From: Phoronis australis
Taxonomy: Eukaryota > Animalia > Phoronida
Assembly: GCA_002633005.1 (NCBI GenBank)
Contig: NMRA01000310.1
Coordinates: forward strand, 252,624-316,623
Length of the DNA: 64,000 bases
Direction: 5' to 3'
A model generated the notes under the pieces. That model did not search any database. It had not been told where the DNA came from and saw only the letters and a list, made by a program, of their open reading frames with translations. Positions 1 to 12,200 of the stretch are shown here, piece by piece (positions within the stretch are counted from its first letter, which is position 1; each line of letters begins with the position of its first letter). The translations under genes and the position numbers were made by a program.

Positions 1-575
1 GTGAGCAGGTTGAATTCTGTTTCAGTGGCAGAGAACCCCTTTCAATATTGCAATTTGGTATGTCTATAGCTTACCAGGCCTCTTTAAATTGTCTCTATGG
101 GTGTTAATCGTTTTGGGTACCAGCAACAGGCAAATGCTTCATCACCTGTGTCTGTGTAACCTCTTGCACACGGTCAGCTGTGAACGTTCAATAGGTTAAG
201 TGGTGTGGGAATATGTCGGACATTATTGTGGATTCTAAAATGTTGATCGTCCTCGATTCTTTCCTCTTGAAAGCATGTAATGAAGCTAAAAAAAACTCGT
301 TTGAAAAGTGTAGAATACGGAACGTGGGGAAATTATTTGAACGAAAAATAAAATGCCCATTCGAGAGATTTAGTAAATTTGGTCAAACATCCAAGATCTA
401 TCCATAAACATATCTTTCAAAGTCCAAAGCTCCGCATAGCAAACTGGCTTGTAAAAGACTTATGAGTGACACACACTTTCAACCCTACATTTATCTCCCC
501 TGTCACGTGATAGATGCAGCAAATTATCTTTATCAGTTTTATTGAGACTCCTTATCTATGACTTTCTAATGCCAT

Positions 576-693
576 CATGCGCGCACCCAGGGTGGGGTGG
601 GGGCTCGGGGGGGGGCTCGAAAGTGCCTCCCCCCATTTGGCGTAGNTCGTCAAAAATTCGAGCCCCATCATATTAAAGGCTGGGAGCCGCATG
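576..693 (+). mobile_element. MITE family A, short copy, 5-bp TSD GCCAT
   Basis: Termini CATGCGCGCACCCAG...CTGGGAGCCGCATG, flanked by gccat at 571-575 and 694-698. Confidence 0.75.
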
Positions 694-1149
694 GCCATTA
701 CTTGCTTTCTCTCACTGCATGCGATCAACCTGTTTTTGATATTGGAAAGTTGCTTTTTCGGCATACAAAACTGTTTCATTTTTTCGTGAACTTTTGAATA
801 TACCTATAGCTAAAGAATTAAAATATTAATGTGACCCTATGAGTGATTCTTTGATTTCTTTTGATTTTGTCGAGGAATGACTCTTAAAGTAAGACTTCAG
901 TCAGCAGCTATTTCTAAAAACAGCACAATCACTTGACTGCAAAGTGTCCGAGAGTACACACATAAATGTAACTGCTAGTTACTGAAATAATTTCAATCAA
1001 TAATTTTTTGACTGTCACTGTTCTTAATTATTTGGATAAACCTTCTTTCGCAATGGTGAATAGGGAGTGTAAGACACAATTTCTTTCATGAAGCAGACAA
1101 TGGAATGCTACATTAGACAAAAATTTGCTTTTTCCTTTGTTCGACAGTT

Positions 1150-1319
1150 TTTTAAGTACTTCATTCAGACTGTTCACGTGGCGGATCACATCCTATACGT
1201 ATGTACTTGCGCGTTAGGTTACAAGTTTTCTACAGTAAAAAACAGTTTTAAATGTAACAGGTTATTACTTGAAAAGAGATAACATGTCACGTGAACAGTT
1301 TGGGTGAAGTACTTAAAAA
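1150..1319. repeat. Inverted repeat, ~31-bp arms
   Basis: TTTTAAGTACTTCATTCAGACTGTTCACGTG / CACGTGAACAGTTTGGGTGAAGTACTTAAAA. Confidence 0.65.
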
Positions 1320-1565
1320 TAAAAGAAACTTGGGAATTCGAAACGTATGGGATAAATACAAAACGTACCTCGATTGGCATAGATATATAGGTTATCGTAC
1401 ATACATGTACATAAGAATATTTCTGCCATATCCTGTCGAGAATTCCTTTCATCTGGGAATGTCCCAACTAGACCTAATTAGAAATAGGATATCGCAGAAG
1501 AATTCCTATGTATGTAGCATAACCTATGTATCCATATGTATGTGGACTTATTTGCATCATCAGAG

Positions 1566-1834
1566 CATACACGCACCGACCCAGCCTAAAACAATGGGGG
1601 GCTCGAATTTTTGAGGGTGTGGACCGTTTACTAAAAAAAAACGTGTGCGTTCACAGCTATGAATTGAACATTCGCCGAATTTAGGTAGTCCCTGCCTTTT
1701 TAGTAGACTTTTGTCTCGTTTTCTACTTTTTCGGAGTTTTTGTTTCTCTGAGGCGGACCTTTTTGTCCACTTCGCCAAAATAGGGGGGGCTCGTTGGAGC
1801 CCTCCGAGTCCCCTCCACCCTGGGTGAGCGCATG
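1566..1834 (-). mobile_element. MITE family A, 5-bp TSD CAGAG
   Basis: CATACACGCACC...GGTGAGCGCATG termini; cagag at 1561-1565 and 1835-1839; body is the reverse complement of 58919-59161. Confidence 0.8.
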
Positions 1835-4800
1835 CAGAGTGTATGCAATGACCTTACACTTGACGTTGATTCCAAACATAATGAGCAAAAACAAGCTTTA
1901 TCACTCGCCAAAACAATTAATGTCAGTGACTGAGCCTAGGCTGAGCTACACGTGTAGGCAGTTGCATCATTTTTGTACGTGGCATACGGCTACATCGAGT
2001 GTGCATTGGGCTGGGCCTAGTGAGCCGCGTGTCCTGATAAACGTAAGATCAAAGCCAAGGCGACTTACCAGTCAATCAAAACTTTTCCTAATTGCGACAG
2101 GGTGACGGCCAACTTGAAACGTACAGATCATTCCAGCGCCCAAACTGATCTCCAACTGAAACGGCTGTGAGAGTTTTCTTGTTGATGCTTTTTCAGCAGA
2201 GAACGATCTCTCTACCTCGCAGCATTCTACCAATTTTGAATTTGGCAGTTACAATTTGAAAATTCTACATCGCTTGGATTGTCACTCAATCACTTCGGTA
2301 CTCCCCACAGAAGTTGAAAATTAAACTAAACATGTATGTTAAATTCAGTTTATTTTGGAAAGAAATCGATGTCACTTGAAAGAGCATTATTTGCGCTTAG
2401 GTATTGAATAAAATGGTTTCCGTGAAGATCCGTTTAAGGACGTTTATAACAAAATGAGGCAAAATAGCCCTTTTAAGTTTCGAGTCGAGTCTGAGTTCGA
2501 CTGGTCGACTTTTGCTATCTGAGAATTACAGAAACGTCAGTCACAGATTTCACTGCGTTTTACCAAGTTCCACCTCGCCTGTCGTTATGGTAGCAGATAT
2601 AGGAGGCAGAACCCACAGACAGGGAGTGGTGGTCGACCACGTTGACGAGGCGGTCGATCAGATCGAGAGCTTCGACTTATTTCCTTATTATGGACCGAGT
2701 CACTAGTTGACCCACCACGCCTCTGTTGTTCCCATACGACACACAATATCAACATACACATTACCTTCAGACTGTGTGTAATTGAATCTTGCCTTTATGG
2801 AATTAGCGTAGAAATTGATGGCGCATGATGACGAGCTTACGATAACGAGTAGGAGCCCCGTTGACACAGAGAGAAATTTTAATAAAACCAGTTTAGGTTC
2901 CTTGGCAACCATTCTTCTCTTCAACGGAATTGTCTTCGATGTTTTATATTGCTTGTCTAATTTACGAGTAAAAATGCAAAAGTATACTTGGTATCTCTAA
3001 GATAACTACTAAATAGCTGATAAAGAATCAAGACAAATTTCTCCTAAACACTTTCAAGTGACGGAGCCACAAAATTTTCACAAGTGCGTTTCACAGGTAT
3101 TACTGAATAGGTATATCTGTTCTCAGAGGCCGGTCTAAACTTTTTGTTTTGCCTGCAGGATTCCGGAGCGGTTTTATGTCCAGGTCGACTGGTTTATTCT
3201 AGCTCTGTCCGGTATATTCTCAAGTAGCTGTAAAATAATTAAGCCTCGCCGCAACGTTGGAGAAGCTTGTTTGAAGGCTTGTTGAGTTTTATGGTGTTTT
3301 TACGAGTGACATGATAGAAAACGTCTGTGCCTAGCTTTTGTGGACAACAAATATATTACTTGCTCAGACTGAATACACCCAAGTATTTGGTCCAAGTTAT
3401 GAGGGGGTTGAAGGTCTGTGTTGAAGTAATTATATAATACTATTATGTAAAATACAAGTAATCGGTGACGGCTGATAGGAACGAAGGATAAATTATATTT
3501 CTAATGACAAAACTGATCAATATCCTGTGGTAAGATTTCCTACTAAATTCTTTCTGCTTTTACTTGAAAATTCCATTGCTCTCCTACTAATCTTTTTGCA
3601 AGTGCATTTCTGATCGATTAATACGCGGGCGCAATGGGACTGAAAAATGCCCAGCACAGGCGTTGGCGCTGGCTAGGGAGTAACCAAATTACAGCTAAAT
3701 TGATTTTCTTACCGTGGTATTCCCAATGTTCATTCATCTTGCAAAACTGGTTGTTTGCTCTCAAAACTGATGATTTAATAGATGATTAACAAAGAAAATT
3801 AATGCTTTTCTGGGTCTTTGCGAAGCTGCAAAAAGAAAACGCACTCAGTTGCGCCGGCCCCTTATCATATGATTAATGGAGTTGAATTCTGTCGCAAAAT
3901 TTTAACTGTTCGCATCCACCTAAGAAAGCCACGTTTGCAAACATTTATCCGAAAAAGTACAAAACCGAAACAATTGGCCCAAAAACCATCTCTTCCCTTT
4001 GCCAAATCTTGCCCTACGCTCTGAAATTTCCACCAGATTCAAATTTGCTGTTAAAAGGTTGCTTGTGTGAATTCTTCAATCGACACAACGGAAGCTGCCG
4101 TTTTATGGAAATTGGGTGAATACAATCGAAAAGGATTTTTTCGTTCACGACTTGTTCTCAACAGATTCATGAAACCTTCTTACAATGCAACCCTCGAAAT
4201 TATCACCAACTATGACGGCATCCCGAATTAGATTTATCGGAACCGGGAATGCAAACCTATAAACTACAGTCTATGGGAAGAATGCCTACCTAAATATATT
4301 TTTTAATTCTCCTCCAGATGATAGGTCTTGCCTGTGGAATTAAAAAGGCGAGGTCAAGGCCAGTTTTTGCGTCGTCGGCATAGCTCACACTGACCATAAT
4401 ATGAGCAGATCAATCACGTGAACTTGCTGGTTTTGACAGAACATAACAAAGTTGTTGTCCTAAGCCAACTTAAATCCAAATTCTGCCAAAAAGAAATTTA
4501 AAAATCTTGATCATTTACAATATTATATATGCATTGTTTGACAACTACTTCAAATTCCAGCGGATTCGTTAACCGTTAATTATCTCAGCATCTCGAGATC
4601 CCGACTTAAGTAGCAATTTATGATAGAACCTATGGAATCAAAAATATTTTCAACATAACCGGTCACAGAATTGGCTGAAACTTTACCAGTGGATTCATAC
4701 CCTCTCAAACGACACCAGCCACCATAATACACTACTTGACCTCTATTTTGATATCTTCCTGAAATTTTTACATGAAATATGCCAGACATTCAGCTCAAAA

Positions 4801-5309
4801 ATGACCCCTTTTGTTAATAGGATTAATCTATGTAGATTAGGGACTGATATTCGATACTGTGTAGACATGTATAATATTAATACCCCAGTCCGAAAATATA
4901 ATTTTCAAAGAAATGACCTAACCCCCTTCGTGGGGGCACTCGTTTTGTTGTATCAACTAATTTAAGTAACCCTGGTAAAACTAAGCTATTGGTAGGGATG
5001 TAGCAAGCTGTAATAAAATGGCTCTTGAAATTTGTAGACGATGAATAAAAGTTATACCAGTAAAGGTCACAAATTTATTATTTTTATGTCATGAAAATGC
5101 GCATTTTTGGTTGTCAAGTGTAAAGTACTATAGTTGTAATTGCTCAGTAATATAAAATACAAACAGTGAGTTTTTAATTGACAGTAGAAACATTGTTTAG
5201 TGTGCAGAATTATCTTGTTTACAGTTTCTTTGCTCTCAGACTGGTAGGTTGCATCGGAGTTATCATCAGACTCTTTGTGCAAAGGGTAAATTCAGGAAGA
5301 GAGGCGTTA

Positions 5310-5939
5310 CACTCTTTCGCAGTGCTACGAAAGGTAGCACTGTGTAATGTTGTTTGTAATGGCTTCTCATTGGTTAAAGTAATGAAACCGACGTCATAAC
5401 ATTCAGTCATTCCCATTGGTGGAAATCAGGGAAACCCCTTTCAGTTTACTGTTACTTAGTATGGCGACCATGTTTGACTTGAATAGTTGCAATTTATTAA
5501 AACGGGTACTGATCGAAGTAGTGTACCCTCTGACACAGCGCCACCTATACTGAAAAGTGATCCTGTGGAAACATGATGAACGACACACGGAATTCCGTGT
5601 GTGTGTGGGCATAAATGCGCATGCTTGGTAGGAAGTTTATCTATCACATCGCCACCACTTGCAACGCCTTCAAAGCACTTTACTTTTTTGGACTTATCCA
5701 CGGGATCGGGGTTCTCTTGATTTGTTTACTTCGATCACTACCCGTTTTAATAAATTGCAGCTATTCAAGTAAAAGTAGTCGCCATACTACGTAACTGGTA
5801 AGAGTAAACTGAAAGGTGTTTCCCAGATTTCAACCAATGAGAATGACTGTTACGACGTCAGTTTCATTACTTTAATCAATAAGAAGCCATGATAAACAAC
5901 ATTCCACAGTGCTACCTTTCGTAGCACAGTGAAAGAGTG
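5310..5939. mobile_element. Foldback MITE with ~210-bp inverted arms and TA flanks
   Basis: ta|CACTCTTTC...GAAAGAGTG|ta; arm 5310-5520 is the reverse complement of ~5727-5939. Confidence 0.8.
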
Positions 5940-8900
5940 TAAGGGTAGTGAGGCGCTACAGTAGTAGAACTGTTCGTGGGCTGTAGTCATGGGCGGCGCA
6001 GCACTGAAGTTAGCGAAGAATGGTCAGAAAAAAACGTTTTGAATGAGATAAAACGTTAAGACGAGGCCCAGATCAGTGACTTCTATTCACGCATGGTTGC
6101 CTTCTCTAAAGCTGACTACTGGATGGACGTGCAAACGGCGAGGGATTAATCTTAAGGTTCGAACTATTACATGAAGTTCTTGAAGATCTTGATTAATACC
6201 CAGTCCGTTCTACTGGGAAGTTCCGCTCACACTTTTTCCTGTTTGTTTTTGATTGTCGAGGTTTTAAAGATTCACATTTTTTTACTGGATGTTCATACAA
6301 TTTGACTTGGTCTGTACTTTATGTCGTCACATGTGTTTATGCTGCTGCGAAAAGAAGAAAGGCGAAATATTTGTAATTTTAATCATTGTTACCGTAAGGG
6401 TTGCAAAAATCATAGTTATTCGTAACATATAAGATCTCCCAATAGTCTTACAAAGTTGACAACTTTTTTCCTGAAATAAGTCATGTGTCGAAAAATCCAT
6501 TTTGCAAGATCAGCATAAAAAAGAAAACGAGGCTTGTGGCAGGAAAATCAAAGATGACTTAGTTCATCTAGGGGTCGCCCAAGCCCACATAAAGATTTTA
6601 GGAAAATTTGTGACGGTCGATATGGAAGCACCGAAACTGCTACTTAATTAGCCCAAGATCTCGATATTAAGTCAGAATTTCGAGATCTCGAGATAATTAA
6701 GTCATAATCTCGGGATCAGCCAGTTTCATAAGTTTTCGCGGTCCATATTCAAGATTGAACATAAACGAAACAACTGCATTGAAAAGTAGGACTTTCGGAT
6801 GAAAAAAAACGGACATCTGGGTCAACCTAAAACGCAAAAGTGAAATATTTACCGCAACACACAAAAAGGTCCCGATAGCTTCTTGTCGAGAAGGAGACGT
6901 AAAACTCCGAAGTGCCTGACAGTGTTTTGTTGTTTTTTTGTCGAATGAGAATTTGTGGTTGCCGAAAAAACCCATGAAACGTCCAGTTTCTTTTTCTTTT
7001 TAGTAGATCGGTAAAATAGGGCTATGTTCGCGTGAGATATTACAACAGTATGTGATAATATGCCAATTTCACCGTGTGTCAAAAAGCGGGACATTTTGAT
7101 GGTGTGGCTGGATGGATGGGAAAAATTCAAAAAGTATGACAGTTCTCCAAGAGCGGGACAATTGGGAAGTACACTGTACGCTGTCAGCAACACAAAAGCG
7201 TTTGGGTGGATTCTTTTACAGGGTAAAGTTTCATTTCTTAAAAGTTTATTTCACGGGTATTGGTAAATACCACTAACACTAGGCCCTCTGCCTAGAAAGC
7301 GAATTGACAAAAATCGTACCTGGGCAACAAAACGTTATACAGCTGAATTATTATTATTATTATTGTTATTGAAAACGATTCGTTTTATTCAAAATCCCAG
7401 ACAAGGTTTTGGAACAAATTTACAAAGTTTTGTTGTCCAAAGTCTCAGTAAAGAAAGTTTTAACTTTCCTTTAAAAAGGGTCAATTTGTTATTGATGTAC
7501 CTTTCAAAAACAGAACTGTTTCACCCTAAACGCCAACTAACTGGACTGCATTAATAGCACAATGTTGTGGATGGCATAGATGAATTCATTTTGACTTCTA
7601 CTTTCAGAAAATATGTACTTTATGGGTTGACAGTGGCTAGTTAATTAGCTATTTTAGGATAAATAAAGCATAGCTTTATGGCGGAGTGGGATCTATCTCA
7701 TCGGCAGAGGTTTAAGCTGCGACTGCGACGGAAAAGGATACAATTGCGAGCTGCGATTCATTACCAGAAAATTATTTTTCTCGCCGATGATGCCAATTTA
7801 ATTAGAACATTTTTATTTTTTTACTTCTTCTATCTTTTGTTACAAAAATACGAGTCCGCAATTGTTTATGTGTAACAATTACTAGTTATTTGTTGTTCTG
7901 TATTGTACTGTGATAGTCAGTGGTATTATCCTATGGCGGTTCGGATATTTACTGATGACGTAACTGTCATTATTATTGCGCGAGGTGGACCCATAAATAG
8001 GAATAGAACTGCACAGACACTGACATCACAAGTCCAAAATTTGGTACTCCGATTTGGATTTTGTCAGTCTGATTCAGGTAAACACGGGGATAACTTAGCA
8101 CATTTTTTTTTACAAAATTGTGTGTTGGGATTAATCGGTGTGCTCCGACAACGGTTGCACCCATCGTGTCAGTGCTCCGGGGAGGGGGGGGGGTTGAGAA
8201 GGATTTAAGATTGGGATTTGTTTGCCGGGTCTATACCTGGCTATATACATAAATCTGACGAGCAAATTATTCTTTCAATTTTGGCATTTCAATGTTATTG
8301 TGACTGGGCTCAAAACGTCATTTTTCTAAAATTGACTTGAAATAAACTAACTAAGGGAGCCCCACTTGAACTTGAAGTGGCCCTTCAGTTAACTTTCTCA
8401 GTGTGCGCTTGCCGCTCGCCGGCGTGCTTCATAGTGTTAACTGGTTTTGCTGGCATTTTACCTGGCTGGGCATCATGATCTACCCTACTCTATTATATAA
8501 GTCTTCAAGTCTACGTGTTTTCCTTTGCAACTGCAAGTCCCCCGGCGCAGAAAATAATGCCGATCAGTTACGCGGGCGGGTCAAATAAATTTACAGTGTT
8601 AATATGGGGTAGACTACATGGCCCCGTCACTAAGAAATTCAAACTCAAGAGTTCTTGAGCTACCATTCATAACCGCGTCCTGACACTCCAAACATGAGTC
8701 AAAAATACTCCTTACGTACTGAGTAGTAGACCTATCTCCAAACCAGCCGTTTTTCAATGGTTCCCTGCCCCGCCGGGCCAACCACTGGGTCGAACACGTA
8801 GACCAAAGACAACTGGGCCCCTATAGTCTATGATGGGGCACCTATGGGGCAGAGGTGGGGAATATGTAACGGTTGGTGGGGTAAAGTAGATGATCGCAAC

Positions 8901-9046
8901 TGAAATTTCGTGGCACCCAGCCAAGGAATCGTTCCTGTCCCCTGTTTTGTAAAGCAACACTCGTCGATCCGAGCAACAATAATAGTTCATCATATGGCCA
9001 CCAGGTGGGAAAAAACACGGAAGTGTCCCGTTGAACATGCGTACTT

Positions 9047-9059
9047 GTTCCCTAGTGAC
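9047..9059 (+). promoter_or_regulatory. Candidate RFX X-box (GTTCCCTAGTGAC) in the ODAD3 proximal promoter
   Basis: Imperfect palindrome resembling GTTGCCATGGCAAC, about 90 bp upstream of the ATG of a motile-cilia gene. Nearby: ETS-like CGGAAGT (9018) and forkhead-like TGTTTAT (9100). Confidence 0.5.
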
Positions 9060-9144
9060 GCCTTCACAAACAACTACAATCTACTCGAGCCAAAGTCGCT
9101 GTTTATTCTTCTCTGATTTATGTTAAGTTGTTGAACAGTTCAAA

Positions 9145-9205
9145 ATGACTCAACGGTCTATGGAAGATAAAATCTCGGAGATTAAAAGTCGAATAACTTT
9201 GCTCG
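9145..9205 (+). CDS. ODAD3: ODAD3 exon 1 (MTQRSMEDKISEIKSRITLL)
   Basis: caaaATG start; donor G|gtaagt at 9206, phase 1. Confidence 0.85.
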
Positions 9206-12200
9206 GTAAGTATTAATTGAAGAGTGCGAAATTTTGATGTCCAAATCGGCTCTTTTCATACGAACTACGAACCCCTTTCACAATCTCATTCTCAGTCTCT
9301 CTCACCTGAAGCCGTCAGGAGTGCTTGAATTGAAATGAATGTTTCTGTAAAAATCCTCCCCTATGACACATTATACAGTTTAATATCATGTCATGTCATG
9401 CTGCTTAGTGTAGTAGTGTGAGGGTGAAAGTTTTAGGAATTACATTTCGAGCACCTGTTTGTGTCACTTAATTGTCCCTGGCAGTGTCTGAAACGTAACC
9501 CATCTGTATATAAGTTAGTATTTCCGTTGCAGCCAGACCATGGCATGGCCAATCATTGCTCGAGTCAAGTCCAAGGCACTCTAAACAGCCACGGGCGAGA
9601 TCAGAACATAACAAGTCTCCACTTCGGTTAAACTCCAAATGAAAATGGTTTCCAGATGTCTGGTCTATTGTTCTGAGTGTCCGCACAGGCTTTTCCTGCA
9701 TCATGACTAAGTCTTGAACCTTGGACTTCTTGCTTCAGAAAGGGAAAACTAACGTGTTAAACTCATTAGGCAACTGTTACATTAATGCATCAGCTTAATG
9801 TGTTTGGGTGTAAAATCAATGCCCCCCATCCACCCCCCCCCCCCCTCGAACAAAGACTAATTGGGATTTTGGTCAGAAATATGGACCATCCCAAGTAGGT
9901 GAGCTGGCTTCTCAGGATGGTCTATTACGAAGAAATTGCGATATGTCAACCTCAATGAATACATTTTCAACACTATCAAAATGCTGATCAACTGTACAGC
10001 TTTAGACAAATTTTATTATATTTCTACAGGGAAAATGGTCCTAGAGACATTCAAGTTCAGAAGCTATACAATTAAAAATCACAAATTCCAGCGCACATTT
10101 TATTTCGTTCTGTGTTTTTTAATTGCTGTAATGCCTTCTTTAACCCTGCTCATCACAAAAGGAACTTTTAGTGCTTGTCAGTGGCGGATTTAGAGGGGAG
10201 CCAAGGGCGTCATGGCCCCCCTAAAATTCTCCCAGATTCCATTTAGCAGTTTGGGGTTGTGAATGTCTGATGGCTAATACTCTGCCCTGGACCCCCTATC
10301 TCAAAATCCTGGATCCGACCCTGCCTGTGATCCTGTGACGGAGAGATTTAGCAGTTGATTGTGGGTTTTCAGAATCATGAACAGTTTGAAATGCAAGTTT
10401 ACATAAATGTTGCATCTCTAGGATTTCAATTTTGCTAACTCAACGTTCATTTCAATTACAGATGGCGATCGCAAAGCATACTACGAAAATGCTGAGTTTA
10501 CGATGAAATCAAATCGTGAACACATTGCAAAGTTGCGAAAGGAATTAAAACAGAAACGTAAAGATTTAGCAGATTGCTTAGCGGTAAGTAGAGAATGCTG
10601 TAAGTTTAAATTGGCTATAAATAACCCGCATTTCTTTCAAGACATTATAACGTTATCTAGACCACTTAGTGCTGTTAAATTTGTCTCGAGAGAAGTGATT
10701 CCTGGGTTTGCAAAGAACTGCCAGTTTCTTATTCCTTCGTTGATGGAGTGCTCGGCGCATTTAGTTTTGAGTTATAGCAAACTCTCAGTTTTTCGAAGAT
10801 TCCGTTTTTATACGTCTGAGGACTTTCGGCCAGTTGATTAATATTACACAGCGTGGTATTTGAGATCTTGAGTGAAACGTAGTTGAGAACAAAAAAAAAC
10901 GTCATTTCCAGCAAAATTTGTCTCAATGAAGGACTGCTATGTAAGTGTAGGAATAGAAATTCATATGCTCAACGGGTTTTTTAAAACGTACTTACTTCAC
11001 ATTTTATAATAGAAACTCCAGACAACAAAGAAGTGGAATAAAGTCGAGGATAATGTCATCAATAGCTGTTTACTTTTATGGCTTATATTTGTGGCATAGC
11101 AGCACTAAGCTGCCAAATTGACATCATGTTCTTCTGTTCATAAAACACTGCATACACTGGTGAAGTTGAAATTATGAAAGCGAGAGTTCTAGTTAAGTCT
11201 ACATGTATGCTAATCAAGTCACTTATTATATGGAAACTCGATAAATACTTCAGGTTCTGTTACTACTAAGAGCCACGCATTCATAAATCCTCTATTAAAG
11301 TTGAACACAGCTTTTTAACGCTTAACTATATAGATACAATTTTTAATAGGCTGATGAGCATGTAATCAACAATGCGTTCCAAGGTCGCCCAGTGGCACGA
11401 GCATCTATGAAAAACAAGAGTGGAATTCAAGCCATCGAGAGAACTGATCACTTAAAGAGTGATTTAACCAAGAGACTGTCTGCTCTTAGAGACATCAACG
11501 CTAAGAAAATGAAGAAAATTGAGCAGCTTAAGACTAAGTACAACCAGATGTTGAAGGATGCATCTGACGCTGTTGCCATGGATGCGGGAGAGTCCAAGGA
11601 GGCACAGGTGAGTGGGGATGATGGGTCTATTTTGTCATGGTTGTAGAATGTGCTGCTTAAGTCAAAACAATATGAAAGTCAAGAGATCATTATTAACTAT
11701 AGAAGGCAGCACTGTCATTCGTTGTCATGGATATAGTCTATGGAGTCAAGTTTTGCTGATATTGATGGAATTGTGCTGAATTCCAGAAAAAAGTATTTTT
11801 GGTGTCGCTGAGTTAAACGATTAGGTACTTTTAAAAGGAGTTGTGATTTCTGGAAGGATTTAAATATTTTGGATGTGGAAGTTGGAACAAACACATTTGG
11901 TTCAATTTTCATCGCAATTCTACCTTGTTTTATTCTTTTCTCACTTTCAAAAGATAAAGACGAATGTCGTCTGCTCTTGTAGGAGTTACGAACTCTTGAA
12001 AACAGTCTGGACAAGGCACTGCTGAAGTGTGACGAGGCGGAACACATCAAGAAGACTTACGTACAAATTAAGAAACAAATGGATGATGAGTCACTGACGT
12101 ACGGCAACAAGTTGAACGAAATAGAGGCTGAAATCAGGAAGTGCAAAGAAGAGCTCAAGGTAAGCGCTATTGTAGCAGGCTGATTTCACATCACTAGCTA

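Noticed and set aside
2512-3000. CpG-rich short ORFs as a coding exon
   Set aside because: No recognisable homology and no consistent splice and phase context.
4576-6700. Inverted similarity between 4576-4619 and 6634-6700 as TIRs of a 2-kb transposon
   Set aside because: Short and gapped, with no TSD; more likely two fragments of a dispersed repeat.
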